A stretch of DNA of 64,000 bases from Candidatus Caccalectryoclostridium excrementigallinarum. GTDB taxonomy: Bacteria; Bacillota; Clostridia; Christensenellales; UBA3700. Positions 47,370-55,823 of this stretch are shown piece after piece. The notes under the pieces were generated by a model, which was not told where the DNA came from, ran no database searches, and saw only the letters and a program-made list of their open reading frames with translations. Numbering within the stretch: the first letter of the stretch is position 1; each line of letters opens with the position of its first letter. The stretch is taken from the NCBI GenBank assembly GCA_018714485.1, contig DVNJ01000032.1, positions 4,135 through 68,134 on the forward strand. Direction: 5' to 3'. The position numbers and the translations under genes were made by a program.

Positions 47370-48053
47370 ATGGAGAACAAGAAGATCTTAGTTGCCGAAG
47401 ACAACACGGAAATGTCGGACATGGTGCGCAATTATCTGCTCAAAGCGGGGCATTCGGTCTATCAGGCGTTCGACGGCTTGCAGGCGATCGACCTGGCGAA
47501 GGCGGTCAAGCCCGACCTTATCTTGCTCGACATCATGATGCCCATCTGCGACGGCTTCGAGGTCTGCGAGACGGTGCGTAAATATATGAACGTGCCGATA
47601 ATCATCATCTCCGCGCTCGTGGACGAGGACACGAAAATGCGCATGTTCGATCTCGGCGCGGACGACTATATGACCAAGCCCTTTTCCTTCAAGGAGATGG
47701 TCATGCGCGTGAACGCCCAGCTCAGGCGCTATTATGAGTTTTCGCCCGTCAAGCAGACGCGGCGCACTTACGGCAGGCTGAGCATAAGTTCGGACAGGTT
47801 CGAAGTCAAGGTGGACGGCGAGGAGATCAATCTCTCTTCCACCGAGTTCAGGCTGCTCGACTTTCTCACTTCCAACGAAAACAGGATCATGACCAAGCAG
47901 CAGATAATCGACGCGGTCTGGGGCGAAGAGGATTATATCGACGAAAATACCGTCGCCGTGACCATCTCCCGCCTGAGAGACAAGCTCAACAAGTTGGGCG
48001 TCAACGGGATCGCCACCGTCTGGGGCTTCGGCTATAAGTGGCAGGCGTTATGA
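47370..48053 (+). CDS. OmpR-family response regulator
   Basis: Receiver domain (LILLDIMMP) plus a winged-helix C-terminal domain (TVWGFGYKW). Confidence 0.9.
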   Translation: MENKKILVAEDNTEMSDMVRNYLLKAGHSVYQAFDGLQAIDLAKAVKPDLILLDIMMPICDGFEVCETVRKYMNVPIIIISALVDEDTKMRMFDLGADDYMTKPFSFKEMVMRVNAQLRRYYEFSPVKQTRRTYGRLSISSDRFEVKVDGEEINLSSTEFRLLDFLTSNENRIMTKQQIIDAVWGEEDYIDENTVAVTISRLRDKLNKLGVNGIATVWGFGYKWQAL

Positions 48054-48913
48054 GAGTCAACGACTATATCGTCAAGGAGATCGACCGCATCTATAACGCG
48101 CGCGAATTTGACGCGCCCGTCAAGGTGCGCGGAAACAGGCATCAGCGTAAAATTCTCTATCATCTCGAGGACGCCCGCCTTTCGCTCATGCGCGAGCGGG
48201 AGAAGATAACAAAGCAGTTCGAATATACGACCGTCTCCGTCTCGGGGATAATCCACGACATAAAAACGCCCATGGCGCTCATCGCCGGCTATGCCGAATG
48301 CCTGCAAGACGGCGTGGGCGACAAGGACTATCTCAAGCTCATTTTGGAGACGATCGAGAAACTTCAGGGGATAGTTGAATCGGTCTCGCTGCCTAAGTCG
48401 TTCAACGCCCGCGACGACATCGACGTCAAGGAGTTCATCAACGGCAGACCTTATTTTTACGCCGTGTTCGACCGCTACCGCGAAATGGTCGAGGAGCGCG
48501 GCATCAAATATCTCATCGGCAGGCTCCCTAAGATCGCCGAATGGTTTTGCCGCAACAGCGCCGCCGTCGGTATGTATATCAACAAAAAGCTCATCGACAG
48601 AGTGGTCCAGAACATCATCACCAACGACCTGCGTTACACCCCCAAGGGCGGCACGATCCGCGTGATCTTCAGTAAGAGACGGCAATTTTTCTATATCCGC
48701 GTCAAGGACGACGGCTCGGGCATCAAAAAAGCCGATCTGCCCTTTATCTTCGAACGCGGCTTTAAGTCGGGCGCAGGCGGCAGTAAGGGCTTGGGACTTT
48801 ATATGGCGCAGGATATAATCAAGCGCCACGGCGGCGCCATAAGCGTGAAGAGCAAAGAAGGGAAGGGGACGGTCTTTACGATAAAGCTGCCGATAGTACC
48901 CGTTAAACGGTAA
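48050..48913 (+). CDS. histidine kinase without recognizable TM or sensor domain
   Basis: H-box SGIIHDIKTPM about 65 aa from the N-terminus, G1 DDGSGI, G2 GLGLYM. No hydrophobic helix. ATGA overlap with the response regulator gene. Confidence 0.85.
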   Translation: MRVNDYIVKEIDRIYNAREFDAPVKVRGNRHQRKILYHLEDARLSLMREREKITKQFEYTTVSVSGIIHDIKTPMALIAGYAECLQDGVGDKDYLKLILETIEKLQGIVESVSLPKSFNARDDIDVKEFINGRPYFYAVFDRYREMVEERGIKYLIGRLPKIAEWFCRNSAAVGMYINKKLIDRVVQNIITNDLRYTPKGGTIRVIFSKRRQFFYIRVKDDGSGIKKADLPFIFERGFKSGAGGSKGLGLYMAQDIIKRHGGAISVKSKEGKGTVFTIKLPIVPVKR

Positions 48914-49345
48914 TTGCCGGACAGGCGCTATGCGAGCACGCGATAGAGCGCGCCTTTACGCACATCTTTGGACGGCGAAGACTTGATAATACGGCAAGTA
49001 TTACCTGCGTCTTCGCCGTTCAAACCTGTACGAAAATGCATCGCTCTCTCACGCACTCTTATAGACGCCTGTCCGGCATAAGTGAAAGCAGTAAGTTAAC
49101 AAGATAAAGCTTGATAATACGATAAGTACTGTCTGCGGCACCTTTGTCCAAATGCGTACGCAAATCCCTCGTCCTTCTATGCACCCTTATAGACATATGT
49201 CCGGCATAAGTGAGAGATATATATGTGAGCGAGAGGTGAACAAGAGAAAGCTCTCGATAATACGGCAAGTATTACCTGCGTCTTCGCTGTCCAAACCTGT
49301 ACGCAAATGCATCTCTCTCCCACGCACCCTTAATAGCGCCTGCCC
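48912..49345. repeat. repeat family A: one inverted fragment plus three diverged tandem units (period about 128-143 bp)
   Basis: Units start with TTGATAATACGGCAAGTATTACCTGCG at 48983, 49111 and 49254. A fourth related copy is at 50243. GCCGGACAGGCG (48916) is inverted relative to CGCCTGTCCGGC (49066). Confidence 0.8.
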
Positions 49346-49589
49346 GGGCAGCGTGACGCTGCACCCCGATACGCTTCGTATTCACAAAAAGCAATGGCAA
49401 AGCATAGCTCTTTGCACAAATATTGTAAATGGATAAGAGAACATATCTTGCGTATAAAAGTGAAATGTTTGCTCATACAGCCGCAAAGCGGCGCTTCGCA
49501 AACGTTATGGCTGCCTGCGGCGCATTTACACAACGCTTTGCTTGCAACTTTGTTTAACTGCTTTTCGCACGACGCCACAAATCTCTGCA

Positions 49590-49995
49590 ACTCTTGATCT
49601 TCCTTCCTCCTCCCTCTCTCTATTTCTCTCATATTTTAATTACTTTCACTTCTCTCATCTTCTTGAATAACTCTCTCTTATATAATTACGTTTAGCCATA
49701 TTTTGGCTACAACACATTGAGAGACTTTTGCGGTTTTATTTCAACAGATATAACCGTGTGACAAATTAAGTGCAATAAAGCGAAGCAAAAGCGTTTTTGC
49801 GAGCGGTACCTCTAAAATGCGCCGTGCACATTTTCCGAACGAGTGCGACTTCTTCACCTTCCTTCCTCCTCCCTCTTCTCTTTTTCTCTCATTTCTTACT
49901 TTCTTTCACTTCTCTCATCTTCTTCAATAACTCTCACTTATATAATTACGTTTTAGCCACTTTTCGGCTATAAGATAAAGAGAGGTTTGCGCTTT
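49590..49995. repeat. repeat family B, array 1 (2 units): G-free polypyrimidine tract + TATATAATTACG + palindrome GTTT(T)AGCC-N7-GGCTAYAA
   Basis: Palindrome cores at 49693 and 49954 (261 bp apart). Only one G in 49597-49689. Same orientation as array 2. Confidence 0.85.
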
Positions 49996-50099
49996 AACTT
50001 TTTCGGAAGACGAGAGTAGAGCAGTGTCCGAGATCGCCGAGCGGAAAGGCTTGTTTTGCAGGGCAGAAAGCAGGGCGAAATGTAAAATTTTCACGGCGA

Positions 50100-50580
50100 G
50101 ATCGAGCGCGTGAAACAATATGTTCCACCCTCTTCCTCTTCCCCACACCCATTCTTCTTCTCCAAGCCAAGATGGCGCCGAAAGTGAATACTATAAGTCC
50201 GCCTCGGAGCGGCTCTTTTCGCTTCTTTTGCACAGCCGTCGTTTGACAATACCGCAAGAGTATTGCCTGCGCTCCGCCCGCACAAAATCATGCGAAAATT
50301 TCTCGCTCGAGGTGCGCGCAGTTCGGCTGAGCCGAACCGAACTTATATTATTCCCGTTCGGCTCGGAAGAAGAAGTAAAAGAAGAAGTAGACGTAGAAGT
50401 TGAAGTAGATAAGGTGGAATATTTGCGGCGTGAAACATTGTGTTCCACCCTCTTCCTCTTCCCCACACCCCTTCTTCTTCTCCAAGTAGATGTAGAAGAA
50501 GAAGTAAAAGAAGAAGAAAATGTAAAAGTAGAAGTTGAAGATGAAGTAGATATGGTAAAACGCCTGCGGCGAAAAAGCAA
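50100..50580. repeat. alternating polypyrimidine and polypurine tracts with duplicated units
   Basis: GTGAAACA(A/T)T(A/G)TGTTCCACCCTCTTCCTCTTCCCCACACCC..CTTCTTCTTCTCCAAG at 50110 and 50430. GAAGAAGAAGTAAAAGAAGAAG... purine tracts at about 50362 and 50490. 7-bp stem GGTGGAA/TTCCACC. Confidence 0.8.
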
Positions 50581-50594
50581 AAGTTCGGATAAAC

Positions 50595-50624
50595 TTGAAA
50601 GTGAGCTTTTGCGTTTGATATAAT
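50595..50624 (+). promoter_or_regulatory. orphan sigma-A promoter (TTGAAA-18-TATAAT with extended TG)
   Basis: TTGAAAgtgagcttttgcgttTGaTATAAT. No plausible CDS downstream before the convergent rluA-type gene. Confidence 0.45.
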
Positions 50625-50984
50625 GTTGTTGAACGGTTCGGAAGATGCGCTGCGCGCCGCAAAGAAGGCGTGTTAGACGAGGAAAGACGGCTTTTTATCG
50701 CAGGGAGCATAACACTACACTCAAAGTGTAATAAAGCGCGGCAAAACCACGCTTTTGCCAAGCGTTACCTTGAGCGGAACGACTGTTCCGCACGAAGCGA
50801 AGCGCAGGCGGGAAGAATGAATTTTTGCGGGTAAGGCGAGCGCGAGACATTGACACTCTACCGCAAAAAGAGAGAAAACCACGCCTCAAGCAATCGATCT
50901 CGCGGCGCAGGAGAGCGAAGCCGCGACGAGATAAAATCCGTTCATAGACGGAAAGTCGATTGCGAATGGCGGGGTTGTCGCTCA

Positions 50985-51032
50985 AAAAGCGAAAAATCGA
51001 GAGGCAGAAAAAGTTTGCAACTTTTTTGCCTC
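50985..51032 (-). terminator. intrinsic terminator downstream of the pseudouridine synthase gene
   Basis: 14-bp hairpin GAGGCAAAAAAGTT-GCA-AACTTTTTCTGCCTC on the minus strand, followed by TCGATTTTTC. Confidence 0.6.
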
Positions 51033-51080
51033 TATCCTCGAGATTTTTCGCTTATCTAATCAGCGTATTTCGCCCCCCCC

Positions 51081-51782
51081 TTAAATCTTTGCGAGGTGGT
51101 AGTTGATGTCAAAAGCACTCCACGGCACCTCATCGGCGGGGGGATAGACGAGGAAGGTCATGCGTTTTTCCTCGGTGGGGTGGGGGAAGGAGATGCGGGT
51201 CGCCCAGAGCGCCAAGCCGTGCTTAAAGGTCTTAGGGTCGCCGCCGTAGCGTCTGTCGCCGAAGAGGGGGCATTTGAGCGTCGCCATTTGCACGCGGATC
51301 TGATGGCTCCTGCCCGTCCCGAGTTTCACCTTGACGAGCGCGAAGCCCTGGCATTCTTCGAGCACTTCGTAAAAAAGCTCGGCTTTCTTGGCGCCCTCGG
51401 TGAGCATGGGGACGACGGAGACGGTGTTGGTGCGCTCGTTCTTTTTGAGATAATGCACGAGTTCGCCCTTTTTCTCCTTGGGCACGCCGCAGGTCACGCA
51501 GAGATAAGTCTTTTCGAACAGCCCTTCCCTCATGCTCTCGCTCAGGCGCGCGGCGGCTTTCGACGTCTTGGCAAAGACCATGACGCCGCCCGTGGGTCTG
51601 TCGAGGCGGTGCACAAGTCCCAAGTAAGCCTCGCCCGGCTTTTCGTACTTGACCTTCAGATATTCTTTGAGCAGCGTGAGCATATCCTTGTCGCCGCTCT
51701 CGTCGCCCTGCGCGGGCACGCCGGCGGGCTTGACCGCCGCCAGCAGATGATTGTCCTCATAGACGATGTTCAATTCTTCCAA
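51081..51782 (-). CDS. RluA-family pseudouridine synthase
   Basis: HRLDRPTGG catalytic motif, about 233 aa. Confidence 0.9.
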   Translation of the reverse strand: MEELNIVYEDNHLLAAVKPAGVPAQGDESGDKDMLTLLKEYLKVKYEKPGEAYLGLVHRLDRPTGGVMVFAKTSKAAARLSESMREGLFEKTYLCVTCGVPKEKKGELVHYLKKNERTNTVSVVPMLTEGAKKAELFYEVLEECQGFALVKVKLGTGRSHQIRVQMATLKCPLFGDRRYGGDPKTFKHGLALWATRISFPHPTEEKRMTFLVYPPADEVPWSAFDINYHLAKI

Positions 51783-51833
51783 CTTTTTTACCTCGATAAC
51801 TTGGCTTTTAACGCAGTCTTAGGGCGCCTATCG

Positions 51834-52715
51834 TCAATTATGCCAGCTCGCCAACGCGCTGCAACCGCAGGGGAGCAAAACGCGCTCGTCCCTCGTGGGC
51901 AGCGCCAACTCGTATGCGCTCACCTCGGCGCCGCCCGGCATGGTGAGCGAAAGGATATTCGCCATGACGGTGGGCTGCAAGCCGGTCGTATAGGAATTGA
52001 TGAGCACAAAGAGCGGCTTTTCGCTCAAAAGGCGCGCCGCGTTTTTCACAAAGGAGAAAAGGTCGTCCTCGGTGCGCCAGATCTCCCCTTTCGGACCTCT
52101 GCCGTAAGAGGGCGGATCCATGATGATGGCGTCATAGCTGTTCCCGCGCCTGAGTTCGCGCGCCACGAAAGCGGCGCAGTCGTCGATGATGAAGCGGGTG
52201 TTGGCGCGGTCCACGCCCGAGAGCGCGGCGTTTTTCATCGCCCTCTCGACCATGCCCTTCGCCGCGTCAACATGCGTGACATGGGCGCCCTCTTTGGCGC
52301 AGGCGACGCTCGCGCCGCCCGTATAGGCAAAGAGATTGAGCACGCGCACCTTGCGTTTTGCGCCCGCGATGAGCGCGCGCGCGGCGTCCCAATTCACCGC
52401 CTGTTCGGGGAAAAGCCCCGTATGCTTGAAGCCCATGAGCTTGCAGGAGAATTTGAGGTCTCCCCTGCAAATGAAAAACTCATCTTCGGGCTTTTTTTCA
52501 TATTCCCAAGCGCCGCCGCCCGAGCTTGAACGCACATAGCGCGCGTTGATGCCGCGATAAGATTTGAGTTCATAGGGCGGCTCCCAGATAGCCTGCGGGT
52601 CGGGACGGAGCAAGATCAGCCCGCCCCAGCGCTCGAGCTTTTCGCCGCCGCCGCAAGCGATCACTTCATAATCGCTCCAGCCGTCCGCAACGCGCACGCT
52701 ACTATGCCTTATCAT
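51834..52715 (-). CDS. class I SAM-dependent methyltransferase (RlmI/K-like catalytic domain)
   Basis: LNLFAYTGGASV SAM-binding motif and DPPSYG motif IV. Confidence 0.8.
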   Translation of the reverse strand: MIRHSSVRVADGWSDYEVIACGGGEKLERWGGLILLRPDPQAIWEPPYELKSYRGINARYVRSSSGGGAWEYEKKPEDEFFICRGDLKFSCKLMGFKHTGLFPEQAVNWDAARALIAGAKRKVRVLNLFAYTGGASVACAKEGAHVTHVDAAKGMVERAMKNAALSGVDRANTRFIIDDCAAFVARELRRGNSYDAIIMDPPSYGRGPKGEIWRTEDDLFSFVKNAARLLSEKPLFVLINSYTTGLQPTVMANILSLTMPGGAEVSAYELALPTRDERVLLPCGCSALASWHN

Positions 52716-55700
52716 GCCTTTTTCACGCCGAGGGTGACCTTTTCACCGTTGACGTCCCATTCCTTGACAAGGTCGCAGCCCTCGACGCCGCGCTCGATAC
52801 TGTCGCAGAGCACGTCCGCTTTGACCGCGCCCGAGCTAAGCACCTTTTCCGCCCTGCCCGAGGCGAGATAGCGGATGTCGATGCGGTCGGTGACGTTATA
52901 TCCCGCCTCTTTGCGCATGGTCTGAAGCTTGGAGACCAGCTCGCGCGCCGTGCCCTCGTCGAGCAGTTCTTCGGAAAGCGTCGTGTCGAGCACTACGGTC
53001 ATGCCGCCGTCCGTCTCCATGGCGAACCCGCCCTTGTTGACAGGGGTGATCAAGAGGTCGTCCGCGGAAAATTCCACCTTTTCGCCGCCTATTTCGGCGA
53101 CATAGACGCCATTTTCCACGGCTTTTACTATCTCTTCGGGCTTTTGCACGCCCGCAAGATATTGCCTGATCGCGCCGATGAGCTTGCCGTACTTGGGACC
53201 GAGCGTTTTCAGCTGCGGCTTGATCTCATAGGAGATAAAGGCGGAGTCGTCGCTCACCCTCTCCACGCTCTTGACGTTGAGTTCGTCCGCGGCGAGCGCC
53301 AAAACGGCGGGGTCGGCGGGAGCCGTATCCGTCATGATATACATTTTCCCGAGCGGCTGACGGTTTTTGATGTTCACCTTATTGCGCGCCGCCCTGCCCA
53401 AAGCCACCGCCTTGAGCACGAGCTGCATATCCGCTTCGAGCGCCTTGTCGATATATTTTTCCTCGGCGGCGGGGAAGGAGCAAAGATGCACGCTTTCGGG
53501 CGCGTCGGGGAAGAAGTTGACCACGAGATTGCGGTACATCGCCTCGCTCATAAAGGGGACGAAGGGGGCGCAGACCTTGGAGAGGGTGACGAGCGTATGC
53601 CAGAGGGTGACATAAGCCGCCTTCTTGTCCTGACTCATCTCGCTGCCCCAATAGCGTTCCCTGCCGCGGCGCACATACCAGTTGGAAAGCTCGTCCACGA
53701 ACTCCTGAATGGCGCGCGCGCTCTCGGTGATCATATATTTGTCCAAGCACTCGTCCACATATTTGATAAGCGTGTTCAATCCCGAGAGCAGCCACTTATC
53801 CATGCCGCTCAAAGCGCAGTCCTCGAGCTTATACTTGCTCGGGTCGAACTTGTCTATCTCGGCATAGAGCACGAAAAAGGCATAGGTGTTCCAGAGCGTG
53901 CCCATGAACTTGCGCTGGGATTCGGAGACGTTGTCCGCGCTGAAACGGGTGGGGAGCCAGGGGGCGGAAGAGGAATAGAAATACCATCTCACCGCGTCCG
54001 CGCCCTGCTTGTCCAAAACGCTCCAAGGGTCGACGACGTTGCCCTTATGCTTGCTCATCTTGATCCCGTCCTTGTCGTTGACGTGACCCAAGACCACGCA
54101 GTTCTTGAAGGGCGCCCTGTCGAAAAGCAGGGTGGAGACGGCGAGCAAGGTATAAAACCAACCGCGCGTCTGATCCACCGCCTCGCTGATGAAGTCGGCG
54201 GGGAATTGGCTCTTGAAGAGCTGCTCGTTCTCGAAAGGATAATGGAACTGCGCGAAAGGCATGCTTCCCGAATCTCCCCAGCAGTCGAGGACTTCGGGGG
54301 TGCGGTGCATGGTCTTGCCGCAGACGGGGCACTTTATCGTCACCGAGTCGATATAGGGCTTGTGAAGTTCGATGTCGCCCGTCAAGCCGCCTAACTTTTT
54401 CAGCTCTTCCTTACTGCCCACGGCGTGAACGTGCCCGCATTCGCAGACCCAGAAAGGCAGCGGCGTGCCCCAATAACGCTCGCGGGAGATGCCCCAATCG
54501 ATGACGTTCTCCAAAAAGTTGCCCATTCTGCCCGTCCCTATCGAGGGCGGGATCCAATTCACGGAAGCGTTGTTTTTGAGCAGCTGCTCTTTCACGGCGG
54601 TCATCTTGATGAACCAGCTCGAGCGCGCGTAATAAAGCAGCGGCGTGTCGCAGCGCCAGCAGAAGGGATAGGAGTGCTCATAGAGCATGTCTTTGAACAG
54701 CAGCCCCTTCTCTTGCAGCAACATCATCACCGTCCTGTCGCCATCCTTGCAGAAGACGCCGTCCAGCTTTTCGTGCGTTCCCTTGACGAACCTGCCGCGC
54801 TCGTCCACCATTTGCAGGAAGGGAAGGTCGTATTTCCTGCCCACGTTCGCGTCGTCCTCGCCGAAAGCGGGCGCGATATGGACTATGCCCGTGCCGTCGG
54901 TGAGGGTGACATAGCCGTCGCAGGTGACGTAAAACGCCTTTTTCTTGCCCTCGTAGCAGTCAAAGAGCGGCTCGTATCCCGCAAATTCGTATTCCCTGCC
55001 CTTTTTCACGGACAGCGTTTCGTATTCTTCGAAGAATGAGGGCACGAGCGCCTCGGCGAGCACATAGACCTCGCCGCCACTCTTTATCTCGGCGTAATTT
55101 TCCTCGGGATTGACGCAGAGCGCGACGTTGGAAGGGAGCGTCCAGGGCGTGGTCGTCCAGGCGAGGAAGAAGCCCTCTCCCTCTTTGCGCCTGAACTTGG
55201 CGATGCAAGAGCGCTCCTTGACGTCCTTATAGCCCTGCGCGACTTCGTGCGAGCTGAGCGCCGTGCCGCAGCGGGGGCAATAGGGGACTATCTTGAAGCC
55301 CTTATAGATGAGCCCCTTGTCGAAAATGCTCTTGAGCGCCCACCAGACGGACTCGATATACTTGTCGTCATAGGTGATATAGGGATCGTCCATGTCCACC
55401 CAATAGCCCACGCGCTCGGACATGCGTTCCCATTCGTGCTTGTATTTCCAGACGCTTTCCTTGCATTTTTTGATGAAGGGCTCGACGCCGTATTTCTCTA
55501 TCTCCTGCTTGCCGTCTATGCCCAAAGACTTTTCCACTTCGAGCTCGACGGGCAGCCCGTGCGTGTCCCAACCGGCTTTGCGCAGGACGTGAAAGCCCTT
55601 CATGGTCTTGTAACGAGGAATGATGTCTTTCATCACGCGCGTCAGGATATGACCTATGTGCGGCTTGCCGTTGGCGGTCGGGGGACCGTCGTAAAAGGAG

Positions 55701-55822
55701 AACGAAGGCGCGCCCTCGTTCTTTTTCACGCTCTTTGCGAAAATATCGTTTTGCTTCCAAAACGCTATTATCTCTTCTTCTCTTTGACAAAAGTGCATGT
55801 CGGCGTTTACTTTGTCGTACAC
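52712..55822 (-). CDS. ileS: isoleucine--tRNA ligase, type 2 (eukaryote-like)
   Basis: HIGH (PTANGKPHIGH) and KMSKS (KMSKHKGN) motifs. 1036 aa, with the N-terminus typical of IleRS2. Confidence 0.95.
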   Translation of the reverse strand: MYDKVNADMHFCQREEEIIAFWKQNDIFAKSVKKNEGAPSFSFYDGPPTANGKPHIGHILTRVMKDIIPRYKTMKGFHVLRKAGWDTHGLPVELEVEKSLGIDGKQEIEKYGVEPFIKKCKESVWKYKHEWERMSERVGYWVDMDDPYITYDDKYIESVWWALKSIFDKGLIYKGFKIVPYCPRCGTALSSHEVAQGYKDVKERSCIAKFRRKEGEGFFLAWTTTPWTLPSNVALCVNPEENYAEIKSGGEVYVLAEALVPSFFEEYETLSVKKGREYEFAGYEPLFDCYEGKKKAFYVTCDGYVTLTDGTGIVHIAPAFGEDDANVGRKYDLPFLQMVDERGRFVKGTHEKLDGVFCKDGDRTVMMLLQEKGLLFKDMLYEHSYPFCWRCDTPLLYYARSSWFIKMTAVKEQLLKNNASVNWIPPSIGTGRMGNFLENVIDWGISRERYWGTPLPFWVCECGHVHAVGSKEELKKLGGLTGDIELHKPYIDSVTIKCPVCGKTMHRTPEVLDCWGDSGSMPFAQFHYPFENEQLFKSQFPADFISEAVDQTRGWFYTLLAVSTLLFDRAPFKNCVVLGHVNDKDGIKMSKHKGNVVDPWSVLDKQGADAVRWYFYSSSAPWLPTRFSADNVSESQRKFMGTLWNTYAFFVLYAEIDKFDPSKYKLEDCALSGMDKWLLSGLNTLIKYVDECLDKYMITESARAIQEFVDELSNWYVRRGRERYWGSEMSQDKKAAYVTLWHTLVTLSKVCAPFVPFMSEAMYRNLVVNFFPDAPESVHLCSFPAAEEKYIDKALEADMQLVLKAVALGRAARNKVNIKNRQPLGKMYIMTDTAPADPAVLALAADELNVKSVERVSDDSAFISYEIKPQLKTLGPKYGKLIGAIRQYLAGVQKPEEIVKAVENGVYVAEIGGEKVEFSADDLLITPVNKGGFAMETDGGMTVVLDTTLSEELLDEGTARELVSKLQTMRKEAGYNVTDRIDIRYLASGRAEKVLSSGAVKADVLCDSIERGVEGCDLVKEWDVNGEKVTLGVKKA

Positions 55823-55823
55823 T

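Noticed and set aside
50120-50623. 167-aa ORF (+), and the antisense ORFs 50191..50580 and 50348..50761
   Set aside because: The translation is low-complexity (E/V/K runs from GAA-rich tracts, L/P/S from CT tracts). There is no RBS, and the ORF spans several repeat units. It is an artefact of strand-biased repeats.
48914-51080. Degraded mobile element or prophage remnant explaining the 2-kb non-coding mosaic
   Set aside because: No transposase, integrase or phage-like ORF fragments are detectable in any frame, and no terminal inverted repeats bound the region. This cannot be excluded without database searches, so the repeats are reported descriptively.
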